Source: Sphingobacterium sp. (lineage in GTDB: Bacteria > Bacteroidota > Bacteroidia > Sphingobacteriales > Sphingobacteriaceae). Taken from it: a DNA stretch of 37,859 nucleotides. The notes under the pieces are model-generated. The model was not told where the DNA came from. It saw nothing but the letters and a program-made list of their open reading frames with translations, and searched no databases. The stretch lies in the NCBI GenBank assembly GCA_030146225.1, contig JASLCA010000287.1, positions 1 through 37,859 on the forward strand, given 5' to 3'. A program made the translations under genes and the position numbers. Within the stretch, counting starts at the first letter, position 1; each line of letters begins with the position of its first letter. Shown here piece after piece: positions 8,885 to 18,566 of the stretch.

Positions 8885-9991
8885 ATGAAATCTATTTCAT
8901 TTGCATCCTCCCTATTGGGAGTCCTGCTTCTTGCGGGCGCTTGCGTAAGTAAAAGCTCGGAAAACAATCGTGAGCCTGCCAAGCAAGTTCCGGTAGGCAC
9001 CCTTACACGTATGGACACCATTATTTACAAGGAATATATCGCTGACATTCAGGCTACAAAAAATGTAGAATTAAGGTCCAGACTCAGCGGATTTTTAGAA
9101 AAAATATATGTAGATGAGGGCGCACTCGTCAGCAATGGGCAAGTCCTTTTCAAGCTTAATGACAGTGAGTACAAGGCTGATTTCGCCCAAGCGGAAGCCG
9201 TTCTAAATACCGCAATTGCCGAAGCAAAGAAGGTGGAGCTGGAGAAAGAAAGAACCAAAAGACTGGTTAGCAAAAATATTGTCTCAGAAACCGAAAGCGA
9301 ATTAATAAGTGTTCAGCATAAGGCCGCCTTGTCCAAGGTAGAGGAAGCTAGGGCAGCATTAAACCTAGCCCGTACAAAGCTCTCACAGACTTTAATTCGC
9401 GCTCCCTTTAGTGGACGTATAGACCGCATCTTGCTTAAAGAAGGTTCTCTACTAGCTGAGGGCTCACTTTTAACCAATATCTCGGATCTAAAAAGCCTGC
9501 ATGTATACTTTGATATTTCCGAATCTGAATACTTAGAAATGTCCAAAGATGCCAGCTTCAACGGAACCACAATTAAGGATCCTGTAAATTTAATCTTAGC
9601 CAATGGGCAAGCCTACCCGCATCAAGGGCAGGCACAGATTGTAGAAAGTGAATTTGAACCCAACACGGGCTCAATTTCCCTAAGAGCGAAATTTCCTAAT
9701 GCCGAAGGCTTGCTAAAACATGGTGCTTCAGGTCGTATTGGGGTCCCAATGTCTAGTGGCGAAAACTTGTTTATTCACCAAAAATCCGTATTGGAAATAC
9801 AAGACAAGACCTATGCCTACCTGCTTTTGGACAATGGCACGGTAAAGATGCATCCTTTTAAGGCTGGCGCTCGCGTAGGACATTTCTACATTGTAGAGGA
9901 TGGCTTAGACGAAAATCAAAAGATCGTATTTGAGGGTGTTCAAGCATTACGCGACGGCATGCAGGTGCAGGCAATAACGCAAAAGAAATAA
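8885..9991 (+). CDS. RND efflux periplasmic adaptor (MFP), lipoprotein
   Basis: Start moved to ATG 8885; LAGAC lipobox; VELRSRLSGFLEKIYVDEGALV and IRAPFSGRI lipoyl/hairpin motifs. Confidence 0.93.
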   Translation: MKSISFASSLLGVLLLAGACVSKSSENNREPAKQVPVGTLTRMDTIIYKEYIADIQATKNVELRSRLSGFLEKIYVDEGALVSNGQVLFKLNDSEYKADFAQAEAVLNTAIAEAKKVELEKERTKRLVSKNIVSETESELISVQHKAALSKVEEARAALNLARTKLSQTLIRAPFSGRIDRILLKEGSLLAEGSLLTNISDLKSLHVYFDISESEYLEMSKDASFNGTTIKDPVNLILANGQAYPHQGQAQIVESEFEPNTGSISLRAKFPNAEGLLKHGASGRIGVPMSSGENLFIHQKSVLEIQDKTYAYLLLDNGTVKMHPFKAGARVGHFYIVEDGLDENQKIVFEGVQALRDGMQVQAITQKK

Positions 9992-10013
9992 TGTCCTATC
10001 CAAATTAAAGAAC

Positions 10014-13000
10014 ATGTTTGAAACATTTATAAAACGACCGATATTATCCTTGGTCATATCGATTTTCATTACCCTCTTGGGACTGTTGGCCTTGTTTACC
10101 TTGCCCATCACGCAGTTCCCAGACATTGTCCCGCCATCGGTGGTCGTTACGGCCAACTATACGGGAGCCAATGCAGAGGTAAGTACCAATGCCGTAGCCA
10201 TCCCGCTTGAAAAGGCGATTAATGGCGTGGCCGGCATGACCGCTATGAATACGGTTACCACCAACAATGGCACCACCCTAATCCAAGTCTCTTTTAAGGT
10301 AGGTGTTGACCCCGATATTGCCGCAGTGAATGTGCAAAACAGGGTTACCACGGTCTTGGACGAATTGCCTGAGGAGGTAATTAGAGCTGGAGTAACCACT
10401 GAAAAAGAGGTTAACAGCATGCTGATGTACCTGAATATATACACCGATGATCAGACAGCCGACGAACGCTTTATCTACAACTTTACGGACATTAATATCC
10501 TAAAAGAGCTGAAGCGAATTGAAGGTGTGGGCTTTGCCCAAATTATGGGGATGCGGGATTATGCGATGCGGGTATGGTTAAAGCCAGACCGTTTAGCGGC
10601 CTATCAGATTTCCACTGATGAGGTTATTGAATCCCTACGCAGACAAAATATTGAAGCTGCCCCCGGGCAAACGGGAATAAGCTCGGATAAAATGGTCAAT
10701 ATGCAGCAGTACGTACTGCGCTATCCAGGTAAATTCTCAGAGCCAGAAGAATATGAAAATGTACCCATACGGGCTAATGTAGATGGATCCATCATTCGAA
10801 TTAAGGATATTGCCGAGGTAGAATTTGGTTCCTTAGATTACGAGATGGTATCCAAGACTGATGGTCGTCCATCGGCTTCCATTATGCTGAAACAATTGCC
10901 AGGATCCAATGCCCAAGAGGTTATTCAGCGGGTTAAAGACCGCATGGACGAACTCAAAGGCAGTAGCTTCCCAGCCGGCATGACCTATACCATGGGCTAT
11001 GATGTTTCTAGATTTTTAGATGCTTCAATCTCCAGCGTATTAATCACGCTTATCGAAGCCTTTATCCTAGTATTCTTGGTGGTCTTTATCTTCCTACAAG
11101 ATTTCCGAGCCACCTTAATTCCGATTTTGGCCGTACCGGTATCCCTAATTGGAGCACTCTTCTTTATGCAGATGATGGGCTTTTCCATCAACCTGCTTAC
11201 ATTATTTGCACTCGTGCTAGCGATAGGGATTGTGGTCGACAACGGAATTGTCGTCGTCGAGGCCGTCTATGCCAAGATGGAGGATGAACACCTCCCGCCT
11301 ATGGAAGCTACCTTAGCCGCAATTAAAGAAGTAGGAGGTGCGGTTGTGGCCATTACCTTAGTGATGTCCGCCGTATTTATTCCCGTCGCCTTTCTCTCGG
11401 GACCTGTGGGCATATTCTATAGACAGTTCTCCTTGACACTGGCCTCAGCAATTGTGATTTCAGGCATTAATGCCTTGACCTTAACGCCTGCATTATGTGC
11501 CTTAATCTTAAGATCACCACATGATCGCAAGCCTTCAAACAACTGGTTAGACCGCTTCTTTAAGGGCTTTAACAGGCGTTATGACAAGCTGGCAAACAAT
11601 TACAAGTCCCTCCTATCCCGAATAGCTGGACGTCGCGTTCTAACGCTACTCTTATTAGCTATTTTCTTTGTGGCAACCTGGGGAACAAGTGCCATCCTCC
11701 CTTCAGGCTTTATTCCTACAGAAGATCAAGGGATGGTATACTTAAGTGTAACCACGCCTCCAGGCGCAACTGTGGATCGTACCGAACGTATACTCGATGA
11801 AGTGGATGTGATCGCTAGAGATTTAAAAGCCGTAGAAACGGTATCCACCCTAGCAGGTTACAGCATCTTAACGGAGGTTTCAGGGGCCTCCTATGGTATG
11901 GGAATGATTAACTTAAAGACATGGAAAGATCGCTCCCAGTCTGTTGATGACATAATCAATGAACTTCGTGCCAAGACTGCACATATTGCCGATGCGGACA
12001 TTGAGTTTTTCCCTCCACCTACCGTTCCTGGATTTGGAAATGCGGCCGGCTTTGAGCTCCGTCTACTAGACCGCAGTGGTAGTGAAGATCTAAACCAGAC
12101 CGCCGCTGTGCTAGACAAATTTATAGAGGATCTAGCAGCTTCCGAGTCCATTGAGTCCGCAAGCTCCAGCTTTGATGTTAGTTTCCCACAGTATATGTTG
12201 GAGGTTGACTATGATTTGGCGGCTAAGAAAGGCATATCGGTAGAGAATGCCATGAATACCCTACAGACCTTAATGGGGAGCTTTTATGCGACCAACTTTA
12301 TCCGGTATGGACAGATGTACAAGGTTATGGTGCAGGCGGATCCGCAGTACCGTAAAAAGCCTGAGGATGTACTAAACCTTTTTGTGAAAACAAAAACTGG
12401 AGAGATGGTGCCTTACTCTGCATTTGTTAAGATGAATAGAATCTACGGTCCTGAACAGATTACCCGTTACAATATGTTTACCTCAGCGATGATCAATGGT
12501 CAGCCTGCGCCAGGTTACAGTACAGGGCAAGCCATTGAAGCCGTGCAAGCCTTGGCCGCAAAACTCCCACAAGGCTATAGCATTGAATGGGCCGGGATGA
12601 CCCGCGAGCAGGTAATTTCAGGCGATCAAGCCTTGTATATCTTTGCGCTCTGTCTGGTCTTTGTGTACCTCTTGCTATCAGCACAGTACGAAAGCTTCCT
12701 CCTCCCCTTGCCGGTAATCCTATGTTTGCCAGCAGGTATCTTTGGAGCCTTCTTATTCCTCAAACTCTTTGGCTTGGAGAATAATATATATGCACAAGTC
12801 GCACTGGTCATGTTGATAGGCTTATTAGGAAAGAACGCCATCCTTATTGTGGAATATGCTGTCCTCAAACAAAAGCAAGGTATGGATATCGTACAAGCGG
12901 CGATAGAAGGTGCTTATGCCCGTTTACGACCTATATTAATGACATCCTTTGCCTTTATTGCGGGTCTAATCCCCTTGATGATGGCTAGCGGTGCGGGAGC

Positions 13001-14567
13001 TATTGGCAACCGTACTATTGGTACCGCCTCAGTGGGTGGGATGTTAATTGGGACGATCTTAGGTGTTATTATTATTCCAGGATTGTACGTGCTCTTCTCT
13101 AAAAGAAAGAAACGCGTACCTAAAATACCATTAGCGATACTGGCGCTCTTTTTCTTTGCCATGTCCTGTACAGTGCCAAAACATATGCAGACTACAGCTC
13201 CTCAGGAGCTACCTGCTGAATTTGGCATGAATATCCCTAACGGTACAGACAGCTTAAGCCTCGCTAGCGAAAAGTGGCAGGAGGTCTTTAAAGATGCCCA
13301 GCTGAAACAACTTATTGATACTGCTTTGGCCTACAATTATGACCTCAAGCAAGCCATACAGCGTATAGAGCTTGCGCAGGCAAGCTTTAAACAACGCAAG
13401 GCGGCCCTGCTCCCGAGCTTGGATTTAGCTGCTGAAGCAGGCCTTCAGAAATATGGCTTTTATACAGAATCGGGCATTGGGAATTACGACTCCAACTTCT
13501 CGGAAAACCTGCAAGCGGATGAAAAGATTCCAGGACCTGCTATACCAGACTATTTTGTAGGCCTTAGAGCATCCTGGGAAATAGATATTTGGGGTAAAAT
13601 TAAAGCCCAAAAGCATGCAGCATTTAATAACCTATTGGCTAGCAATGAAGCAAGGCGCTTAATAGAGACGGAGCTAATTTCAAATATTGCCACCGCTTAC
13701 TATGAATTGATTAGTCTGGATGGCAAAATCCAAGTCTTTAACAGCAATATAGCGCTTAACGAAAGAGCTTTGGAAATTATCGAGTTGCAAAAGGAGGCTG
13801 GTCGCTCCTCCTTATTAGCCGTTGAGCAGTTTAAAGCGTTTTTAGCACATGCAAAGGCGCAACGCGCACATACGAAACAGGAGATTAGCCTATTGGAGAA
13901 TCATATCAACTACTTGTCTGGTCGATTTAACAAGCCTATTCTGCGTGCTACGCAACAGCTAACACAACTCAACCTCTTTGACAGCCTGCAAGTTGGCACG
14001 CCTATTCAATTGCTTGGCCAACGCCCAGATATTCGGGAGGCAACCTTTCAATTGATTGCTGCCGAACAGGAGATAAAGTCTGCAAGAGCAGCCTTCTTGC
14101 CAGCAATTGTCTTGTCGCCCTATATAGGGCTGCAATCCTTTAGCTTAAATAAGCTGGTTAATGTAGAAAAATCCCTCAGCTATGGCTTGATGGGCGGATT
14201 GTCAGCTCCACTCCTAAATCAGCAGGTGCTGAAAGCACAGTATGCAAGCTACAAAGCCAATTATGGCATCAACTTCTTGGAATATGAAAAACGCGTCTTA
14301 AATGCCTACAATGAGGTCTCTAGTGCAGTACAGATGCAAAGCCATATCCAAGAAAGACAGCAGTATATTCAGGAGCAGGTACTTGCCTTAAAGGCAGCAG
14401 TAGATGCGGCAGGGGAGCTATTTATAGCAGGACGCGTCTCCTACCTAGATATTATTACAGCTCAAAAGGATGCATTGGAAGCCCAAATTGATGAAGTGGA
14501 CATACAAAAAGAAAGAATTATAAATCAAATCCTTATCTACAAAGCCTTAGGCGGTGGATGGAATTAA
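10014..14567 (+). CDS. HAE1-family RND permease fused to a TolC/NodT-type outer membrane factor
   Basis: Residues ~1-1030 are AcrB/MexB-like (FIKRP, LPITQFPDIVPP, GIVVDNGIVVVE, KNAILIVE, RLRPILMTS); residues ~1052-1517 are OMF-like (SWEIDIWGK, QRPDIREA, YKALGGGW); no stop between them. Confidence 0.92.
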   Translation: MFETFIKRPILSLVISIFITLLGLLALFTLPITQFPDIVPPSVVVTANYTGANAEVSTNAVAIPLEKAINGVAGMTAMNTVTTNNGTTLIQVSFKVGVDPDIAAVNVQNRVTTVLDELPEEVIRAGVTTEKEVNSMLMYLNIYTDDQTADERFIYNFTDINILKELKRIEGVGFAQIMGMRDYAMRVWLKPDRLAAYQISTDEVIESLRRQNIEAAPGQTGISSDKMVNMQQYVLRYPGKFSEPEEYENVPIRANVDGSIIRIKDIAEVEFGSLDYEMVSKTDGRPSASIMLKQLPGSNAQEVIQRVKDRMDELKGSSFPAGMTYTMGYDVSRFLDASISSVLITLIEAFILVFLVVFIFLQDFRATLIPILAVPVSLIGALFFMQMMGFSINLLTLFALVLAIGIVVDNGIVVVEAVYAKMEDEHLPPMEATLAAIKEVGGAVVAITLVMSAVFIPVAFLSGPVGIFYRQFSLTLASAIVISGINALTLTPALCALILRSPHDRKPSNNWLDRFFKGFNRRYDKLANNYKSLLSRIAGRRVLTLLLLAIFFVATWGTSAILPSGFIPTEDQGMVYLSVTTPPGATVDRTERILDEVDVIARDLKAVETVSTLAGYSILTEVSGASYGMGMINLKTWKDRSQSVDDIINELRAKTAHIADADIEFFPPPTVPGFGNAAGFELRLLDRSGSEDLNQTAAVLDKFIEDLAASESIESASSSFDVSFPQYMLEVDYDLAAKKGISVENAMNTLQTLMGSFYATNFIRYGQMYKVMVQADPQYRKKPEDVLNLFVKTKTGEMVPYSAFVKMNRIYGPEQITRYNMFTSAMINGQPAPGYSTGQAIEAVQALAAKLPQGYSIEWAGMTREQVISGDQALYIFALCLVFVYLLLSAQYESFLLPLPVILCLPAGIFGAFLFLKLFGLENNIYAQVALVMLIGLLGKNAILIVEYAVLKQKQGMDIVQAAIEGAYARLRPILMTSFAFIAGLIPLMMASGAGAIGNRTIGTASVGGMLIGTILGVIIIPGLYVLFSKRKKRVPKIPLAILALFFFAMSCTVPKHMQTTAPQELPAEFGMNIPNGTDSLSLASEKWQEVFKDAQLKQLIDTALAYNYDLKQAIQRIELAQASFKQRKAALLPSLDLAAEAGLQKYGFYTESGIGNYDSNFSENLQADEKIPGPAIPDYFVGLRASWEIDIWGKIKAQKHAAFNNLLASNEARRLIETELISNIATAYYELISLDGKIQVFNSNIALNERALEIIELQKEAGRSSLLAVEQFKAFLAHAKAQRAHTKQEISLLENHINYLSGRFNKPILRATQQLTQLNLFDSLQVGTPIQLLGQRPDIREATFQLIAAEQEIKSARAAFLPAIVLSPYIGLQSFSLNKLVNVEKSLSYGLMGGLSAPLLNQQVLKAQYASYKANYGINFLEYEKRVLNAYNEVSSAVQMQSHIQERQQYIQEQVLALKAAVDAAGELFIAGRVSYLDIITAQKDALEAQIDEVDIQKERIINQILIYKALGGGWN

Positions 14568-14570
14568 CGC

Positions 14571-14598
14571 AAAAGGGGAGTTTAAAACTCCCCTTTTT
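14571..14598. terminator. Bidirectional terminator
   Basis: AAAAGGGGAGTTT-a-AAACTCCCCTTTT between the convergent RND and maf genes. Confidence 0.9.
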
Positions 14599-15186
14599 TT
14601 ATACGAATATTGCTTTTAATTCTTGATACAAGCGAGCTGTAGGCAAGCCTATAACATTTTCATATGAGCCATTAATTGACGAAACCCCGATCCATCCTAT
14701 CCATTCTTGAATGCCATAGGAGCCTGCCTTATCCAAAGGCATAAACTTGTCCACATAATACCTTAGCTCGGCATCAGACAATGCCGCAAAATGTACCTCT
14801 GTAACCTCCACAAAACTGTATTGCTTTTCTTTATACTGCAAGGCCACAGCAGTCAGCACCTGATGTGAGCGGCCTTGAAGCGTCCGAAGGGTCGCTAGCG
14901 CTTCCTCCTTATTCTGAGGCTTGCCCAAGATATTTCCTGCATGCAGCACGATGGTGTCCGCAGTAATAACCAAGCTGTCCGCAAAGGCTACAGGATCAAA
15001 AGCTTTCAACTTCTGGAAGGCAATATGAGCCACAATAGCCGCAGGAGCTAAGTGCGCATCAAAGGATTCATCCGTCTCTTTAACGATTACCTTACTTTGA
15101 ATGCCCATCTTATCCAACAAGTCCTTCCGACGCGGGGACTGAGATCCCAGCACAACCGGAATATCCTTTAACAAATCCAATAACAT
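14599..15186 (-). CDS. maf: Maf-family nucleoside triphosphate pyrophosphatase
   Basis: LGSQSPRR, ADTIV, LGKP, DKAGSYGIQ, GSYENVIGLP. Confidence 0.93.
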   Translation of the reverse strand: MLLDLLKDIPVVLGSQSPRRKDLLDKMGIQSKVIVKETDESFDAHLAPAAIVAHIAFQKLKAFDPVAFADSLVITADTIVLHAGNILGKPQNKEEALATLRTLQGRSHQVLTAVALQYKEKQYSFVEVTEVHFAALSDAELRYYVDKFMPLDKAGSYGIQEWIGWIGVSSINGSYENVIGLPTARLYQELKAIFV

Positions 15187-15187
15187 A

Positions 15188-15706
15188 CTATATACTTTTA
15201 AGGCCAGTGTCTACAGACCACTTGCCCTGTAATTTCAATATTTTCTCGAGCACATCCCGTACGCAGCCCGCGCCGCCTTTAAAAGGGGAAATATAGCTGG
15301 ATACCTGCTTAATCTCTTCTACAGCATCCTTTGGGCAAGCCGCAATGCCTACCGCTTGCATACAAGAAAGATCTGGAATATCATCCCCCATAAAAAGTAC
15401 TTCAGAAGCTGTAAAATGATGTTTCTCTAGTAAGTCTTGGAGCAGCTCCAGCTTGTTGGACACCCCCATATAGACCGCATGTATGCCTAAGCCTTCCAGT
15501 CTTTTGCGTACACCAAGGGAATTTCCGCCTGTAATAATGGCGACAAACAGTCCTTGCTTAACGGCCAATTGAAGCGCATACCCATCCTTAATGGAGAAAG
15601 TACGCAACTGCTCGCCCAGCTCGTTGACCTGTACCGTCCCATCTGTTAACACCCCGTCAACATCTAAGAAGACAGCTTTGATGCCAGCTAAATCTTTTAA
15701 TATCAT
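15188..15706 (-). CDS. kdsC: KdsC-family HAD phosphatase (KDO-8-P phosphatase)
   Basis: LDVDGVLTDG, KDGY, IITG, MGDDIPD, GGAGCVRD; ATG 15706 chosen because TTG 15712 lies within TACATTTG (15717-15710). Confidence 0.9.
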   Translation of the reverse strand: MILKDLAGIKAVFLDVDGVLTDGTVQVNELGEQLRTFSIKDGYALQLAVKQGLFVAIITGGNSLGVRKRLEGLGIHAVYMGVSNKLELLQDLLEKHHFTASEVLFMGDDIPDLSCMQAVGIAACPKDAVEEIKQVSSYISPFKGGAGCVRDVLEKILKLQGKWSVDTGLKSI

Positions 15707-15985
15707 TTTCAAATGTAATAAATCTCAATTTGATTCGCCCGCTTTTACTAGAATTATACCGGTGGCAGATGTCGCCACAAGTAAATCTGCGTATTTGACA
15801 TTGGGGAAGGTTAAAATTGCTGTTGAAATGTTAAATTTAGTCCCTAAAAAAAACAACAAATAGCATTAAAACACTTGCAAAAACGATTAAACTAATTCAT
15901 TTCTGCCAGTGAATTATCTAAAGCAGACAGTCTATCAAAAGAATGTCAGAAACTAGTTGTTTTCACAACTAAACTGTTAAAACTA

Positions 15986-16016
15986 TTGTCAGGTATTATT
16001 ATTTGCCTTATCTTTG
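15986..16016 (+). promoter_or_regulatory. Bacteroidota sigma70 promoter driving a non-coding transcript
   Basis: TTG 15986-15988, 20-nt spacer, TATCTTTG 16009-16016; no + strand ORF follows. Confidence 0.8.
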
Positions 16017-16020
16017 TGGT

Positions 16021-16146
16021 GTAATAAGAGCGGTACTTTTAACAGAAAGTAAATCTCAATATTACTGATAAAAATTGTCTTTTCATAATTTAGGTTTATA
16101 ATTGGTTAGTAGCAAACCCTGGCGCCCATCGTCAGGGTTTTGTTTT
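16021..16146 (+). ncRNA. Candidate ~125-nt small regulatory RNA
   Basis: Bounded by a consensus promoter and the terminator AAACCCTGGCG-cccat-CGTCAGGGTTT-TGTTTT; no ATG on the + strand; carries an anti-start-codon tract TCTTTTCATAATTTAGGTTTATAATTGGTTAGTA. The 5' end is estimated. Confidence 0.7.
16113..16146 (+). terminator. Intrinsic terminator of the candidate sRNA (may also serve the convergent gene)
   Basis: AAACCCTGGCG/CGTCAGGGTTT stem with one G-U pair; the T-tract is stronger on +. Confidence 0.8.
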
Positions 16147-16157
16147 ATACACGATTT

Positions 16158-17462
16158 TTATTCCATTGGTAAGCCTGCTAATGAGATTAGGGGCTTCTGC
16201 CCTTTTGACTTAAGCTTAAACTGGCTATTTATAGCGGTATAATCACTAAAAAAACCCGCATTTCTTAAGTAAAATGCATCCTTATTAATCCCGCCTCCAT
16301 AATCCATGCGGTATTGCTTGCGGGCAGTAGCATCCGCTGTAAATTTAGCCTCCTCACATGCATGCCAGTTTCCATTTACATCACAAACCCACTGATTGCT
16401 AAAGTTAACTTGACGCTCAAGGTCACCTTGACTGGGGATAAAATTCTCTAAGAAGGAGTGAAAACGCTTTAAGTACGTCTGGGTATTGGGGCGCAGAAAC
16501 TGAGCCACAAACTTCCATGCCCCCTCTTCAGGAGCGAAAAACCAGGCTGTATACTCGGTATAATTGTCCGCTACTGGACGTCCCCGCAAGAGGAACTTAT
16601 AGGTCTGGCCTGCCTGCCAATTGTAGCGCATATAGGACTGCCCTCCGGATCCTTCATTCCCAAATTCACCGGCATGTACCCCAGCCCCCTTCTTTACCAA
16701 GATGATCCGCTGTGCTTCAGGTATCTCCTTGGGATCGTCAGTGGTAAATGGGCTCCAAACGGAAAAGAGTATGCGACGCTCCTGGGCACTATTAACTTGC
16801 ATCCCGAAGTAGCCTTCTGCAAAACCATTGGCCATAAAGTAGGATCCGATAACATCTGAAGCCTGTGGAACGGTGACTTCATTGTAGAAGTATTCAATAT
16901 CATCTGCTACAGGGACCGCATAGCCCAGGTGCACCGAAGGACCTCTGCGCCCCCAGTAATAGAAATTATCCGTATTGTCGACTACATACCTAGCCGACTT
17001 AATCAGACTCGACTGCCCTGCTATCTGATAGGCCTTTACGCCTGGAAGCTCTCCTGATACACTGCTGAGTACAATAGCAAGATAGCCTGTGTCCTGCAAT
17101 CCTACTAGGCCTAGGTCTAACAGCCTATGACTATCTGAAGGCTTAACTGCAAGTTGAAACTTCTGCTGCAATACCGTTACGGACAGCTGAGCCGGCTTCT
17201 GAACCGCTCCCAAGGCTATTTGCAAGCGAAAGCTCCCTACCGCTGCGAAGCGAACAAAGGTCTTTAGTTCGCCCTGGGTAAGCCCAGGAAGCAAGCCTTC
17301 GCTTGCATGCAGCAACTTGCTTTCTACGGGCTTCTGCCAACTATTGCCCGCTATTGGAATCTGCACGCTAAGGGAGTCAATCGTCTTTGTTTGGGCTTTT
17401 AGCATACCGCTCAGCGGCAGCAAGAGGGCTGCTATAAAGAGCAGTCGTAATCTTTGTTTCAT
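16158..17462 (-). CDS. Secreted DUF5077/DUF3472-like protein
   Basis: Signal peptide from MKQRL; YWGRRGPSVHLGY, YFMANGFAEGYFGMQVNS, FGNEGSGGQSY, HSFLENF motifs recalled for this family. Confidence 0.8.
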   Translation of the reverse strand: MKQRLRLLFIAALLLPLSGMLKAQTKTIDSLSVQIPIAGNSWQKPVESKLLHASEGLLPGLTQGELKTFVRFAAVGSFRLQIALGAVQKPAQLSVTVLQQKFQLAVKPSDSHRLLDLGLVGLQDTGYLAIVLSSVSGELPGVKAYQIAGQSSLIKSARYVVDNTDNFYYWGRRGPSVHLGYAVPVADDIEYFYNEVTVPQASDVIGSYFMANGFAEGYFGMQVNSAQERRILFSVWSPFTTDDPKEIPEAQRIILVKKGAGVHAGEFGNEGSGGQSYMRYNWQAGQTYKFLLRGRPVADNYTEYTAWFFAPEEGAWKFVAQFLRPNTQTYLKRFHSFLENFIPSQGDLERQVNFSNQWVCDVNGNWHACEEAKFTADATARKQYRMDYGGGINKDAFYLRNAGFFSDYTAINSQFKLKSKGQKPLISLAGLPME

Positions 17463-17523
17463 ATTTAATAGCATGACTAGAATAAGGTAAGCCTAATTTT
17501 AGGCATAAAATTAGAGTAAAAAC

Positions 17524-17558
17524 AAAAAACCGATTGACTCTTTCAGAATCAATCGGTT
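17524..17558 (-). terminator. Terminator after floA
   Basis: AACCGATTGA...TCAATCGGTT stem with an A-run on + (U-tail on -). Confidence 0.8.
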
Positions 17559-17582
17559 GTGTATTTTAAATATTACTTAAAT

Positions 17583-18566
17583 CTACGACTTCCCTTTACC
17601 TGAATCGGTAGGCTTAATAATAGATGTTCTCATATCCGTATCGGCTTGGATATTTTGCATTTTATAGTAATCCATAATACCCAAGTTTCCTGACCTAAAG
17701 GCTTCAGCCATGGCTAATGGTAGCTGGGCTTCAGCCTCAATAACTTTGGCTTTCGCTTCTTGCGCTTTGGCCTTCATCTCTTGCTCACTGGCCACAGCCA
17801 TTGCACGACGTTCTTCTGCACGCGCATTAGCCACTTTTAAATCAGCCTCTGCCTGATCAATCTGCAATTTCGCACCTATGTTTTCACCAATATCAATATC
17901 TGCAATATCAATCGATAGAATTTCAAAGGCAGTACCCGAATCTAATCCTTTAGATAATACCGTTTTTGAAATCTTATCTGGATTTTCTAACACCTCTTTA
18001 TGGTTCACAGATGATCCTATCGTTGTGACAATACCTTCCCCAACACGCGCTAAGATAGTTTCCTCACCTGCACCCCCAACCAATTGGTTAATGTTTGCAC
18101 GAACGGTAACCCTAGCCTTAGCAATCAGCTGAATCCCATCCTTTGCGACTGCAGCAACGGGAGGCGTATTAATAACCTGTGGATTTACAGAAAGTTGTAC
18201 CGCATCAAACACGTCACGTCCCGCTAAATCAATTGCAGTAGCTAATTTAAAATCCAAAGGGATATTTGCTTTATCAGCAGATATTAAAGCCTTTATTACA
18301 CGATTTACATTGCCACCAGCCAGATAATGTGTTTCAATATCGTTAGCTGTCAAACGTAAACCGGCCTTGGAGGATATAATCATGGCATTGGTCACCAAAG
18401 AAGGCGGTACTTTCCGTAAACGCATCAATACCAGATTCAACAAACTGATTTTTACATTCGATAATTGTGCTGTAAACCATAAATTAACTGGTAATAAATA
18501 CAGCAATACAAAAAAAGCAATAATGCTTCCAATAATAATTAGAATTAAGCTAATTCCTGGTTCCAT
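17583..18566 (-). CDS. floA: Flotillin-like protein FloA (YqfA family)
   Basis: N-terminal [53 protein letters not shown]. Confidence 0.93.
   Translation of the reverse strand: MEPGISLILIIIGSIIAFFVLLYLLPVNLWFTAQLSNVKISLLNLVLMRLRKVPPSLVTNAMIISSKAGLRLTANDIETHYLAGGNVNRVIKALISADKANIPLDFKLATAIDLAGRDVFDAVQLSVNPQVINTPPVAAVAKDGIQLIAKARVTVRANINQLVGGAGEETILARVGEGIVTTIGSSVNHKEVLENPDKISKTVLSKGLDSGTAFEILSIDIADIDIGENIGAKLQIDQAEADLKVANARAEERRAMAVASEQEMKAKAQEAKAKVIEAEAQLPLAMAEAFRSGNLGIMDYYKMQNIQADTDMRTSIIKPTDSGKGKS

Noticed and set aside
11230..11262. RND proton-relay motif reads DN instead of AcrB DD
   Set aside because: DN is a common variant, and the KN and RPILMT motifs are intact, so this is not evidence of inactivation.
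15760..15792. GTGGC/GCCAC and GCAGAT/ATCTGC short inverted repeats
   Set aside because: Too short, and they match no riboswitch or RNA gene I can recognise.
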